DNA of 64,000 bases, taken from assembly GCA_004321745.1 (NCBI GenBank), contig SGYO01000002.1:47959-111958 (forward strand), given 5' to 3'. The DNA is from a bacterium (GTDB lineage Bacteria > Fidelibacterota > Marinisomatia > Marinisomatales > UBA1611). A program made the translations under genes and the position numbers. Within the stretch, counting starts at the first letter, position 1; each line of letters begins with the position of its first letter. Below the pieces are notes generated by a model. It saw nothing but the letters and a program-made list of their open reading frames with translations. It was not told the origin of the DNA and did not search any database. This document shows positions 38,576 to 48,890 of this stretch, piece by piece.

Positions 38576-41500
38576 ATGCAAAAAATTTTAGTCTTAGTTT
38601 TTATACCAATTTTTCTATTCGGCCAATTAAAACCTGTTGAAAACCTTCAAAAAAATGCCCCTAGAGTTTGGACTTTAACTAATGCAATGATCCATACTTC
38701 TCCTGGCGATTTTATCAAAAGCGGGTCTATCGTCATTAGAAATGGCAAAATAGAAGCAGTAGGCAGATACATCAAGTCGCCAAAAGATTCTTACGAAATA
38801 GATATGCAAAGAGCCCACATATATGCAGGTTTTCTTGAAACATGGCTTGAAACAAAATCGTATGATTCAAAATCAAAAAGTAAAAGAAAGCATTGGGACT
38901 CAAAAGTAAGACCCGATTACAGAGCTGTTGATAACATAGAAGTAAAGGATAAAGCATTAAAAGAGCTTCGAAGCTTAGGATTTACAACAGCTCACATCGC
39001 ACCAGATCAAGGTATTTTCAGAGGACAAACAGGTGTAATAAGCTTGTCAGATCAATTGAATTCAATTAATTCCTCAGTTGCACAAGCTATAGATTTTAAA
39101 TACCGGGCCAAAAAAAACAGAGAATACCCTAGATCTTTATTAGGGGTCATTGCTCATATTAGACAGACGTTTTATGACTCTGATTGGTATTTAAAGGCTC
39201 AAGAGATTGTACAGGAATATCCATCTGAGAACGAGCCCATATCTTCGAACTCATCTTTAGAAAGTCTTGGCCTGTCTAGAGCCTTAAACAAACCATTTGT
39301 TTTTATTTCATCAAATGAAAACTCTTCATCTAGAGCAATTAATATCGTAAAGGAGTTCAACCTTTCACCTTGGATTTTAGGCAGCGGATATGAATACAGG
39401 GTTCTTGATTATTTTGATGAAGTAAAACCTTTTTTCATCATGCCGATCAACTTTCCAGCAAAGCCAAATATCACAAAACCAATGAGCGATCTACAATTTT
39501 CTACTAGGGAATTAAAGCATTGGGATATGGCTCCTGACAATTTATTTTATCTTACAAATTCAGAATTTGACTTTTCAATTACTAGTCATGGCCTCAAGAA
39601 AAAAAATGATTTTCGCAAAAATCTTCAAAGAATCATTGAAAGAGGCTTAAATAAAGATATCGTTTTAGCAGCGCTGACAACCCAACCTGCTGAAGCACTA
39701 GGACTAGAAGAATCTTTCGGGAAAATAGCTAAAGGGTATAATGCAAACTTGGTTGTAGTTGATGGAGATTATTTTGATCATAAATCTAAAGTAGTTAGTG
39801 TTTGGATTGATGGAGAAGAAATATTTATTTCATCAAAAAAAGGCCCATCTTTTTTAGGAACATGGTCTCTTAAATACAAAGGGACTGCTTATGACTTAGA
39901 AATTAAAGACCTTCTTAAAGGTCAAACCAGCATTGCTACTAATAAAATTTACAGCGGTACAATTAGCTATCAAGGTAGGAAAACTGATTTATACAACATA
40001 GATATCTATGAATCTTCAATTTCTTTTTCAGTCGATGGCGCTAGCCTCGATCAAAAAGGTACATTAACGTTTAACGGAGATTTGACTGACTCACAAATCA
40101 TTGGGACTGGAAAAGGTTTATCTCAAGAATCATCACCCTTCCAAGCAGACAGAAAGAATAAGGATGTAGAAAAAGATTCTAATTTAGAACCTGCAAGTAA
40201 GTTATCTGTATTTAAACCTGAAGGTACTTATGGTCTCATAAAAAAACACCAAAAACCTAATGCAATACTAATTAATGATGCTACACTTTGGACATGCGGA
40301 CCAAAGGGCACTTTAGCTGAATGGGATATATTATTTGTTGATGGAAAAATTGAACAAGTTGCTCCTGACATAACAGTGCCACAAGGAAGTGCAATCCTAA
40401 TAGAAGGAGCAGGAAAACATGTAACCCCAGGTCTAATTGATTGCCATAGCCATTCTGCTGCAAGTAGTATAAATGAAGGCACTCAATATATTACATCCGA
40501 AGTAAGAATGAGAGACGTTTTAGACCCAACAGATATAAATATTTATAGGCAACTTGGCGGCGGGTTAACTACTGCAAATGTTTTACATGGCTCAGCGAAC
40601 CCAATAGGAGGACAAAATGCAGTTATTAAACTTCGCTGGGGCAGCAACACAAACCAACTTTTGTTTAAAAATGCACCAGAGGGAATAAAGTTTGCTTTAG
40701 GCGAAAATGTAAAACAGGCTAATTGGGGTGGTACAAACCGGTACCCACAAACTCGTATGGGTGTAGAGCAAGTAATGAGGGATGCTTTTAGAGCAGCTCT
40801 TGATTACAAACATGCAAATGATAACTATATGCGTAATGCAAAATATCAAAGAACAAAAATACCCCCTAGAAGAGACCTAGAGCTTGACGCAATTGTTGAA
40901 ATACTTGAAGGTGAGAGATTAGTTCATTGTCATTCATATCGTCAAGATGAAATAATAATGCTCACTAGAGTAGCAGAGGATTTTGGCTTTAAAATTGCAA
41001 CCTTCCAACATGTTCTTGAAGGGTATAAAGTTGCAGATCGGCTCGCTGAACATGGTGCTGGCGCTTCAACTTTTTCTGATTGGTGGCAATACAAATATGA
41101 AGTAATCGATGCAATACCATATAATGGTAGTATGATGGTAAAAAGCAATGTTCTAGTATCTTTTAATTCTGATGACGATGAACTTGCGAGAAGATTAAAT
41201 ACCGAGGCCGCTAAAGCTATTCAGTATGGTAATCTAGATCCTAACGAAGCTTTAAAGTTGGTAACTATAAATCCAGCAAAGCAATTAAAAATTGATAAAT
41301 ACGTTGGTTCTTTGGAACCCAAAAAGGATGCTGATTTTGTTATCTGGGATGGTGAACCACTATCTATATATAGTAAAGTTGAAGAAACATGGATCGATGG
41401 CATTAGATATTATTCTCAGAAGGATAATAAGTTACTTGAAGAAAGGGACGCAGAGCTAAGGAGCAATATCATTCAAAAAATATTATCGACGAAAGGCCCA

Positions 41501-41590
41501 AGTACCTTTAGTAGTAGCAAGAAATCATCATCAATGCACAGTGGTCATAAATGCGACATTTTAGATAATACAGGTGTTTATGATGATTAA
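38576..41590 (+). CDS. Large secreted amidohydrolase-superfamily protein
   Basis: 1004 aa with a signal peptide. The C-terminal metallo-hydrolase core includes PGLIDCHSH and a late DADFVIWDG strand. The N-terminal half looks like a degenerate second amidohydrolase-like module. Confidence 0.7.
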   Translation: MQKILVLVFIPIFLFGQLKPVENLQKNAPRVWTLTNAMIHTSPGDFIKSGSIVIRNGKIEAVGRYIKSPKDSYEIDMQRAHIYAGFLETWLETKSYDSKSKSKRKHWDSKVRPDYRAVDNIEVKDKALKELRSLGFTTAHIAPDQGIFRGQTGVISLSDQLNSINSSVAQAIDFKYRAKKNREYPRSLLGVIAHIRQTFYDSDWYLKAQEIVQEYPSENEPISSNSSLESLGLSRALNKPFVFISSNENSSSRAINIVKEFNLSPWILGSGYEYRVLDYFDEVKPFFIMPINFPAKPNITKPMSDLQFSTRELKHWDMAPDNLFYLTNSEFDFSITSHGLKKKNDFRKNLQRIIERGLNKDIVLAALTTQPAEALGLEESFGKIAKGYNANLVVVDGDYFDHKSKVVSVWIDGEEIFISSKKGPSFLGTWSLKYKGTAYDLEIKDLLKGQTSIATNKIYSGTISYQGRKTDLYNIDIYESSISFSVDGASLDQKGTLTFNGDLTDSQIIGTGKGLSQESSPFQADRKNKDVEKDSNLEPASKLSVFKPEGTYGLIKKHQKPNAILINDATLWTCGPKGTLAEWDILFVDGKIEQVAPDITVPQGSAILIEGAGKHVTPGLIDCHSHSAASSINEGTQYITSEVRMRDVLDPTDINIYRQLGGGLTTANVLHGSANPIGGQNAVIKLRWGSNTNQLLFKNAPEGIKFALGENVKQANWGGTNRYPQTRMGVEQVMRDAFRAALDYKHANDNYMRNAKYQRTKIPPRRDLELDAIVEILEGERLVHCHSYRQDEIIMLTRVAEDFGFKIATFQHVLEGYKVADRLAEHGAGASTFSDWWQYKYEVIDAIPYNGSMMVKSNVLVSFNSDDDELARRLNTEAAKAIQYGNLDPNEALKLVTINPAKQLKIDKYVGSLEPKKDADFVIWDGEPLSIYSKVEETWIDGIRYYSQKDNKLLEERDAELRSNIIQKILSTKGPSTFSSSKKSSSMHSGHKCDILDNTGVYDD

Positions 41591-42905
41591 AATAATATTC
41601 ACCTTTTTCCTATTTAGTCTTGGGGTTTCAAATGATCAAATTCCTGGAGAAGAGCAAAAAAGACCAATTATATTAAAAGGAGGTATTCTACATACAGTAT
41701 CTACAGATGTTTTTGAAGGATACGATATACTTTTTTCAAAAGGTAAAATTGTTAGAATAGAAAAAAATATAATGGCGTCTCCAGAAACAGATGTATACGA
41801 TGTTTTTGGTAAACACATAATTCCAGGTTACATCGCGCCAATTACTAGAATCGGATTAGTAGAGATTGGCTTAGTAAAACAGACTAGAGACTTTGCTGAA
41901 AGAGGATCGTTCAATCCCAATGTAAAGGCAAATGTAAGCTACAATCCTGATTCTGACCTTATACCTATCACACGTTCAAACGGAGTCTTAGTTGTAAACT
42001 CAGTTCCTGCTGGAGGTCGCATATCTGGCCAATCATCTGTAATGATGCTTGATGGATGGACATGGGAACGAGCTACATTAAAACATCCATCTGGACTACA
42101 CATTAACTGGCCTTCAATGAGGATAAATTATGGAGCAAATGTAAAAAAATCTGAAAAACAACAAAAAGAAGAAATTCAAAAATCAATTAGAGATCTTGAC
42201 CACATGGTCCGTGATGTTAGAGCATACTTTCAACGTATAAAACAAAGAAGCCGTATCGCAGGCGAAAGACAAAAGTCAGATCTTAGGTTAGAGTCAATGA
42301 TACCATTTGTAGTAGAAAAAAAGAAAATCTTCATTCATGCAGATGAGGCAAGACAGATAAAATCAGCGGTTGAGTGGGCCAAAAAAAATGACCTTAAAAT
42401 TATTATTGTAGGAGGTTCAGATAGTTGGCGACTAACAGATCTATTGGTTAAAAACAACATACCAGTAGTTATTGACCAGGTTGAAAAGATACCTACTCGC
42501 AGATTTGAGCCAATCCATTTGCCATACAAGTTACCTTTCCTGTTAAAGCAAGCAGGAGTACAGTTCTGTTTAAATACGATCATTGGTTACCCAAATGATG
42601 GCAATATACGGAATCTTCCGAATGAGGCTATGCGAGCCGCTGCTTATGGATTGGATAAATCTGAAGCATTACGTTCTATTACTTTAAGCACTGCCGAAAT
42701 TTTAGGAGTTGATGATATGATCGGCTCATTAGATATTGGCAAAGATGCTACATTTTTCATTTCTGAAACACCACCAATGGAAATGAATCCAAAGATTCTT
42801 ATGGCATTTATTCAAGGTAATGAGGTGGATCTCAACAACCATCAAAAAATGCTCTATAAAAAATATCAAGAGAAATATAGAAGACAAGGTCAGCTAAACC
42901 AATAA
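41574..42905 (+). CDS. Secreted amidohydrolase-family protein (partner of the 1004-aa protein)
   Basis: 443 aa with a signal peptide and amidohydrolase-type N- and C-terminal beta-sandwich strands (GGILHTV...; GKDATFFI). It overlaps the upstream gene by 17 nt. Confidence 0.6.
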   Translation: MFMMIKIIFTFFLFSLGVSNDQIPGEEQKRPIILKGGILHTVSTDVFEGYDILFSKGKIVRIEKNIMASPETDVYDVFGKHIIPGYIAPITRIGLVEIGLVKQTRDFAERGSFNPNVKANVSYNPDSDLIPITRSNGVLVVNSVPAGGRISGQSSVMMLDGWTWERATLKHPSGLHINWPSMRINYGANVKKSEKQQKEEIQKSIRDLDHMVRDVRAYFQRIKQRSRIAGERQKSDLRLESMIPFVVEKKKIFIHADEARQIKSAVEWAKKNDLKIIIVGGSDSWRLTDLLVKNNIPVVIDQVEKIPTRRFEPIHLPYKLPFLLKQAGVQFCLNTIIGYPNDGNIRNLPNEAMRAAAYGLDKSEALRSITLSTAEILGVDDMIGSLDIGKDATFFISETPPMEMNPKILMAFIQGNEVDLNNHQKMLYKKYQEKYRRQGQLNQ

Positions 42906-42929
42906 TAAGCAAATTTCTGCAACGATTGT

Positions 42930-44198
42930 ATGCCGTCCAACAATATAAATATTAAAAGTGTAGCTGTAATTGGAGCAGGGGTTATGGGTGCCCAATTAGC
43001 TGCACTTTTTGCAAACAAAGGCATTAGATCATATTTATACGATATCACAACTGATACTGCTACTTTAGGAAAAGATCGGTTAAAAATAATTAAACCACCA
43101 CCTTTGGAGCAGCCTGAGAACATTGAACTAATTCAAGCCTGTGGCCTTGAAGAAGACATCCATAAAATTAAAAAAGTAGATTGGATCATCGAGGCAGTTC
43201 CAGAAAAAATTGAAACTAAAATTGAAGTATTTAATAAAATCTCTCCTTTTATACATAAAGGAGCAATACTATCATCAAACACATCTGGCATTACGTTAAA
43301 TGAACTCATTAGAAATTTATCAGAAAACTTAAAAAGTAGATTTTTGATTACGCACTTTTTTAATCCACCACGGTACATGAAGCTTTTGGAGATTGTAAAA
43401 AATGAGCAAACTTCATTGGAAGTATATAACTCATTAACAAGTTTTTGCAGTTCAAGGTTAACTAAAGGAATAGTACCAGCTAAAGACAGTCCAAACTTTA
43501 TCGGTAATAGAGTAGGAATATTCAGTTTAATGTCAGCAATTAAATTAAGTATCGTTAAAAATATTAAAATTGAGGAAGTAGATTTTTTAACAGGGGCTAT
43601 ATGCGGTAGGCCAAAAAGCGCAACATTTAGAACGGCAGATATTATTGGGTTAGATACACTAGAAAGTGTAGCTATGACCACATTTGACAAATCAAAAGAT
43701 GATGAGTCGATTGAGGTGTTCAAACCTCCAAGCATAATAAAAATACTAATAAAGAATAATTACTTAGGGCAAAAATCAAGCTCAGGTTTTTACAGAAAAA
43801 ATGATAATGGGGAAATACAAGTTTTTAATCCTGAAAAAAATGAATATCAGCATATTCAAAAACTAGATCTTGGAATGAATCAAAACATTATTGATAATGA
43901 GAATATAAGTGATAGACTAAATGCCATAATGAACTTGGATAATAAATATGGCGATTTTCTATGGCACTCTATTTCAGACATGCTTTTATACTGTGCAAAT
44001 CGAGTTCCTGAAATAACATGTGAACCAATCAATATAGATAATGCAATGAAATGGGGTTTTGGCTGGCAATTTGGCCCATTTGAATTATGGCAAATGCTGG
44101 GTTTAGATAAAACTGTAATAAGAATGCAAGAAGATAAAAAAAATATCCCAAATTGGATTAGAGATAAAGTCCTAAAAAAAGAATTAACATTCTTTTAA
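42930..44198 (+). CDS. 3-hydroxyacyl-CoA dehydrogenase family protein
   Basis: 422 aa with the NAD-binding motif VAVIGAGVMGAQLAALFA, HFFNPPRYMKLLE and a C-terminal dimerisation-domain pattern. Confidence 0.8.
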   Translation: MPSNNINIKSVAVIGAGVMGAQLAALFANKGIRSYLYDITTDTATLGKDRLKIIKPPPLEQPENIELIQACGLEEDIHKIKKVDWIIEAVPEKIETKIEVFNKISPFIHKGAILSSNTSGITLNELIRNLSENLKSRFLITHFFNPPRYMKLLEIVKNEQTSLEVYNSLTSFCSSRLTKGIVPAKDSPNFIGNRVGIFSLMSAIKLSIVKNIKIEEVDFLTGAICGRPKSATFRTADIIGLDTLESVAMTTFDKSKDDESIEVFKPPSIIKILIKNNYLGQKSSSGFYRKNDNGEIQVFNPEKNEYQHIQKLDLGMNQNIIDNENISDRLNAIMNLDNKYGDFLWHSISDMLLYCANRVPEITCEPINIDNAMKWGFGWQFGPFELWQMLGLDKTVIRMQEDKKNIPNWIRDKVLKKELTFF

Positions 44199-44218
44199 AA
44201 AGATTCAAAAATACAGAA

Positions 44219-44968
44219 TTATAATCTGGGTATTCTTTTTAAACTACTTTCCCGAAATAATTCAGAATCAACATCCGTATTAATCGATATATAATCAATG
44301 TAAATTTCTGTTTTATGATTTTTTTGGATGTCTTGGACCAAAATTTTTGAAACTAGTTCATAACTCTTCACCATTTTATATGAATATATTTTTACTTTTT
44401 TCAATTCATCATTTTTGCCAAATGATTGTTCTTTGAGAATGGTAAGATTTTTTTTTGAAACCCATAGAGTATGTTTGCTATAAGCACTTTTCAACTCTGG
44501 CTTTGATATAACATTTAAAATATAACAATCGATACCATTAAATAGCTCATCATTTAAACGGTCATAATCATTATCAGAGAGCGCCCTGCTATTTAAATCT
44601 TCATAGCTCAGATCTGAACCCATAAATGAATCATTCATCCTGTTTGAATTTATTCTGCGAATTTTATTAAAGGCAGGCAGCCACATTCGTATTTCATTAT
44701 CTTTGTCTTCATATTCTTTTCTTAAGAAAGATATGCCTCTATCTGCCTTCGGTTTTAAAACCCATATGATCTGATTCTTGCCAATGTTATTTGATTTCGA
44801 TAGTAATATATTTTCACGGGATTTATTTTTTGAATTTGTTAGCACCATGGAAATTCTACTAAATACACTTTGTGGCCTTTCCTTATTATCAAGTTTTTGT
44901 GCTATATCAAGACCAGATTGTGAAAAAGAAATCGTTACGCTACAAAAAAGTGGAACAAACGTCCTCAT
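44219..44968 (-). CDS. Outer-membrane lipoprotein-sorting (LolA-like, PF17131-type) protein, copy 1
   Basis: 249 aa. MWLPAFNKIRRINSNRMNDSFMGSDLSYEDL matches the LolA_like signature. It has an ATGA overlap with the MMPL gene. Confidence 0.65.
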   Translation of the reverse strand: MRTFVPLFCSVTISFSQSGLDIAQKLDNKERPQSVFSRISMVLTNSKNKSRENILLSKSNNIGKNQIIWVLKPKADRGISFLRKEYEDKDNEIRMWLPAFNKIRRINSNRMNDSFMGSDLSYEDLNSRALSDNDYDRLNDELFNGIDCYILNVISKPELKSAYSKHTLWVSKKNLTILKEQSFGKNDELKKVKIYSYKMVKSYELVSKILVQDIQKNHKTEIYIDYISINTDVDSELFRESSLKRIPRL

Positions 44969-47262
44969 AATATTTGTTTTTTTTTCAAAATTTCAGTTAA
45001 AGAAGCTAATAAAGTAAGTGTACCCATAGAAGTTGCAAACATTGCAAAAACCATTAATCCCCCGACAAATTGTACAGGTATGAAATTAGAAAAAATTAAC
45101 GCACCAAAAGACATATTTGAAGCTGAATCAAGTACTATTGGATAACCAACTTCATTGAATATTTCGGTTGAGTTTTTGTCTGATTTACCTTTAGAGCGAT
45201 TAGCTTTAAAATGATATATATAATGAATAGAAAAATCAACGCCCACCCCAATGATAACAGATGATAATAAAGCAGTAACGTGACTTAAATAAATTCCTGA
45301 AAACCCCATTAATCCGAAGTTAATTATTATTGCAGAAAGCAATGGGATAATTGAAAGTATACCCCATGCTATACTTTTAAAAAATAAAGAGGTAATAAAA
45401 CAGATACAGAACAAAGAAGCCACTAGACTTATAATAGAAGATTCTATAACTAAATAAATCAAATCTCTAATAACAACTCCCATTCCTGTAACAGACACAC
45501 TATCAATTATCTCTAAATCATTTACGTGACTATGAATGTGTTCTACAAACGAAATTATTTGGTCAGTGCTCATCATACTACTTAAAGCTGTAATTAGACT
45601 AATATTATAATTATAATCTACTACGGAGTCTAAATCATCGCCATCCCCAGACATTGAATACATGGCAAGTAGATTACTGATTTTATTTCCATTTTTTGGA
45701 ATGGTATTAAACTCAGGATTGTTATCCATTAAAGTAAAATGCATTTGCTTAACAGCATCAGCAATAGAATAAGTAGCATTTATAGATGGATTTTCTTTAA
45801 GTGCTTTTTGAAGCTGTTCAATTTCATATAATACGCCAGGATCTTTTACATCACCTTCAACCCGGACACGGAAATCCATAGTACCTGCCATCTGCTCATC
45901 AATGAAATCTATGCTTTTTCTAAATTCAGTTCCTTTTTTGAAAAAGTTGGCAATATTTACATCTACTTTTACAAACATTAACCCAGAAAAACCAAACAGA
46001 ATGATAATGAGTCCAGTTTTTAATATTTTTAGAGGATTAGGTATTATAACTACTCCAATATTTCTTATTGTTTTTTCAAGGATACTTTCTTTTGATATAG
46101 AAATTGACTCAAGATTCCATTTCTTAAATGATATAGCTGCTGGTAAAAAAGTAACACTAAGTATAAAAGCATATAAAATGCCTATACTTAAACATACACC
46201 ATATCCTAGTAACTGGTTTATTGGGGCAAAGTAGAGTGCTAGAAATGCAGCAATTGTAGTTATACTTGTTAAAAATATTGGCATTAATAACTTATCAATT
46301 GAGGCAGATATAGCCTGCCTAGTTACTTTTCCACTCCTCATTTCTTTAAAAAATCTTGTCACAAAATGAACTCCATCTGAATTAGCAATAGTGAGTAAAA
46401 TAATTGGCATGGAAGAGTTTATTATGGTGAAATAAAAATATTTAGATCCTGTATAATAGGTTATCCAACCCATAACGCCCGCCATCACTATAAGTGACTG
46501 AATTATTATAGAGAATATCAAAAAAACACTAAATATATTTCTAATATTTAGAACAAGTACTCCACACATTAGTCCTAAACCAATAATAATTAAGGTGGAA
46601 ATGTCTTTTTTGATCATTGTTGGCACAGACCCAGTTATATACGCTATGCCGCCATAATGAATATCATAATTTCTAGATAATAGACTATCGCCTACTTGCA
46701 CTACCCTATGCCTTAATATATCATGAGGTACATTGGGTGAAGGTTGAATTATGATATTAAAATAATCTTCATATTTACTAACCATTCTATTTTTAATCGC
46801 AGAGTTAGCATTTACATAATTTGCAATATCTTCAATTGTATGTTCACTTAATTCTCTATTTTTTTGAAGGTCCTCAATTTCAAGAAATCCGTCATTACTA
46901 AAAATTTTAGGAATGTTAGAAATGCTAGTAACTTTTTCAACTTCTTTAATCTTTTCTAACTTTCTAGTAACGTCCCATAATTGAGAAAGCGCTTCTTTAT
47001 TAAAAATATTTTCACCCTCATTACCAAAAGCAACAAAAATAGATTCTGTACTACCAAATTCATTTTGTACTGCATCCCAAGTCATTCTTGATTCCATTTT
47101 TGTTGGTAGCATTGCCATCATATTATCGTCTACTATTATAAAACGAAGACCAGAGCCAATGATAAACGTTAAAAAAATGGGGATAAAAATTGATTTCAGA
47201 GGATTATCTAGGACAATTTTTGAAATCCTAGATTCTTGATATTTACTACCCTCTGCTATCAC
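44965..47262 (-). CDS. MMPL/COG1033-type RND-superfamily exporter, copy 1
   Basis: 765 aa with a GTG start (GTGA overlap with the upstream gene). Two blocks of about 6 TM each follow a large soluble loop, the classic RND/SSD layout. Confidence 0.75.
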   Translation of the reverse strand: MIAEGSKYQESRISKIVLDNPLKSIFIPIFLTFIIGSGLRFIIVDDNMMAMLPTKMESRMTWDAVQNEFGSTESIFVAFGNEGENIFNKEALSQLWDVTRKLEKIKEVEKVTSISNIPKIFSNDGFLEIEDLQKNRELSEHTIEDIANYVNANSAIKNRMVSKYEDYFNIIIQPSPNVPHDILRHRVVQVGDSLLSRNYDIHYGGIAYITGSVPTMIKKDISTLIIIGLGLMCGVLVLNIRNIFSVFLIFSIIIQSLIVMAGVMGWITYYTGSKYFYFTIINSSMPIILLTIANSDGVHFVTRFFKEMRSGKVTRQAISASIDKLLMPIFLTSITTIAAFLALYFAPINQLLGYGVCLSIGILYAFILSVTFLPAAISFKKWNLESISISKESILEKTIRNIGVVIIPNPLKILKTGLIIILFGFSGLMFVKVDVNIANFFKKGTEFRKSIDFIDEQMAGTMDFRVRVEGDVKDPGVLYEIEQLQKALKENPSINATYSIADAVKQMHFTLMDNNPEFNTIPKNGNKISNLLAMYSMSGDGDDLDSVVDYNYNISLITALSSMMSTDQIISFVEHIHSHVNDLEIIDSVSVTGMGVVIRDLIYLVIESSIISLVASLFCICFITSLFFKSIAWGILSIIPLLSAIIINFGLMGFSGIYLSHVTALLSSVIIGVGVDFSIHYIYHFKANRSKGKSDKNSTEIFNEVGYPIVLDSASNMSFGALIFSNFIPVQFVGGLMVFAMFATSMGTLTLLASLTEILKKKQIL

Positions 47263-48734
47263 CGATTATAATTCATTATATTGTAAATGTAAGCCATAAT
47301 ATCTTGAAAATTAACTAATGAATCTTCGTTATAATCTGCTGGTGGTGATTGAGGATAAAACCCGTAATGCATGTCCAAAGCATAAAATAAATCAAATACA
47401 TCAATTTGGGAGTCAAAATTTATGTCCCCAACTGTATAATCTGGGAATGCTGTAGAGTCACCTCCAAAAAATTCAACAGAATACTTTTGTGCTCTTGCAA
47501 TCATAATATTTACACCTGGATATTCATAATCCCATAAAGTATTACCAGCAGAATCAATCTCAAATATCTTTGCATCATCAGCTACAGATATTAATGTGTT
47601 ACCATTTTGTAATCTAAAAGCTCCACTTTGAACATTTGAATGAAATCCTCCCGTGTACATCCACTCTATTTGATCTGGTCCGAAAGGGTCTGTATCATTA
47701 ATGACATAATTTATACTATCTGTATCAAGAGGTGGTACTATTTCAAAAATAGCTGAAGTTAAATTTCCGTAATTATTATTGTATAATATCAAATTACCTG
47801 CACCAGGATATCCCTCTTTGATCCAGTTGATACCATGCTGACTTTCAAGTCTCTGGGATGAATTAGACCCTCGATCATAAGCTGCAGGATTTCCCCAACG
47901 GTACAAGAAGTCGCCTCCTTTCCCAGAATTACCACCTGTGTGACCTGATGCTTCTTCTGTTGTTGTGCTATGATCAATTATATATATCTCATTTTGGTGC
48001 CTAGAGCTAATTACAATCTGATCAAGTAGCGGATTATAGTCAATCGCATTAATATGCATCCAATCAGCATTACTTCCACCAGGACCTCCTCCACCTCCCA
48101 CATCACCATAGTTAATATCCATTAACTCTGGATGCTCTGAAACAACGCCATACCCTGACAAACTCGGATCAGAATCTTGAATCAAATGATCCCATAGGTG
48201 CCACTCCCAAACAATATTAGCACCATTTGGAGGAACTATTTCAAGCTCTAAAATAGCCGTTGACCACATTTCACCTAAAGGATTATTGATAGAAACCCTA
48301 CCCATTGCATAGGCCTCCGTAGCAGATTTTCTTTCCCATACTATTACTAGAACGTTCCCATTGGGAAGTGGCTGGACATCATGATGATGTTGATATGTTT
48401 CGTTAGATATCACGTACTGCCAAATCAGCGTCCCATCCCAAGATATATGGGCAATGCCTCCTCCAACACCGCCAGCACTCATGGTAGGGTTTTCAACTCT
48501 ATATGGATATATAATAGAGCTATCCGCAAGAAGATAAGGCATACTAGCTGCACCTCTACTGTGCTCCCAAGTATGAATTACATCCATATTATTATTTAAT
48601 AGATAGCTTATGCCTCCGGTAGCACCATTAGGCCCGCCACCTGTTGGGGAAAACAATGTATAGCCATTAAATACTTCAGCACTTAAAAATGATAATGTGA
48701 TTATCAACTTTAATAAATACCTGAAGATCATCAT
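47259..48734 (-). CDS. Exported arylsulfotransferase (ASST)-like beta-propeller protein with C-terminal dockerin-like module
   Basis: Track ORF runs to TTG 48755. I prefer ATG 48734 (MMIFRYLLKLIITLSFLSAEV, a signal peptide). ASST-like motifs are YQHHHDVQPLPNGN and DWMHINAIDYN...ISSRHQNEIYIID. The tail GDINFDSQIDVFDL...DYNEDSLVNFQDI forms two dockerin-type Ca loops. Confidence 0.65.
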   Translation of the reverse strand: MMIFRYLLKLIITLSFLSAEVFNGYTLFSPTGGGPNGATGGISYLLNNNMDVIHTWEHSRGAASMPYLLADSSIIYPYRVENPTMSAGGVGGGIAHISWDGTLIWQYVISNETYQHHHDVQPLPNGNVLVIVWERKSATEAYAMGRVSINNPLGEMWSTAILELEIVPPNGANIVWEWHLWDHLIQDSDPSLSGYGVVSEHPELMDINYGDVGGGGGPGGSNADWMHINAIDYNPLLDQIVISSRHQNEIYIIDHSTTTEEASGHTGGNSGKGGDFLYRWGNPAAYDRGSNSSQRLESQHGINWIKEGYPGAGNLILYNNNYGNLTSAIFEIVPPLDTDSINYVINDTDPFGPDQIEWMYTGGFHSNVQSGAFRLQNGNTLISVADDAKIFEIDSAGNTLWDYEYPGVNIMIARAQKYSVEFFGGDSTAFPDYTVGDINFDSQIDVFDLFYALDMHYGFYPQSPPADYNEDSLVNFQDIMAYIYNIMNYNR

Positions 48735-48803
48735 ATATATCCAATAACTTCTCAAAATAATTTAGGTGAGCATTTAAATACTCATTACATAACTATAAGT
48801 CTC

Positions 48804-48866
48804 TTAACGATTAAAATAGTTAAGTAAATTATGTACATAAGTTAATACAATTATGGTAATCGTTAA
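48804..48866. promoter_or_regulatory. Nested inverted repeats in the divergent promoter region (candidate operator)
   Basis: TTAACGATTA (48804-48813) and TAATCGTTAA (48857-48866) form a perfect 10-bp inverted repeat. They are nearly centred on the palindrome ATGTACAT (48831-48838). Confidence 0.4.
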
Positions 48867-48890
48867 TTTTCCTAAATCAACATTTCAAAG

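Noticed and set aside
43133-43735. A 200-aa ATG-initiated ORF antisense to the 3-hydroxyacyl-CoA dehydrogenase gene. It is about twice as long as any other antisense ORF in this AT-rich window.
   Set aside because: The sense-strand gene has clear family motifs. The antisense product is low-complexity (Ser/Leu/Ile-rich) with no recognisable domain and no SD. It is most simply a shadow ORF produced by codon bias. Ribosome profiling or conservation of the antisense frame would be needed to revive it.
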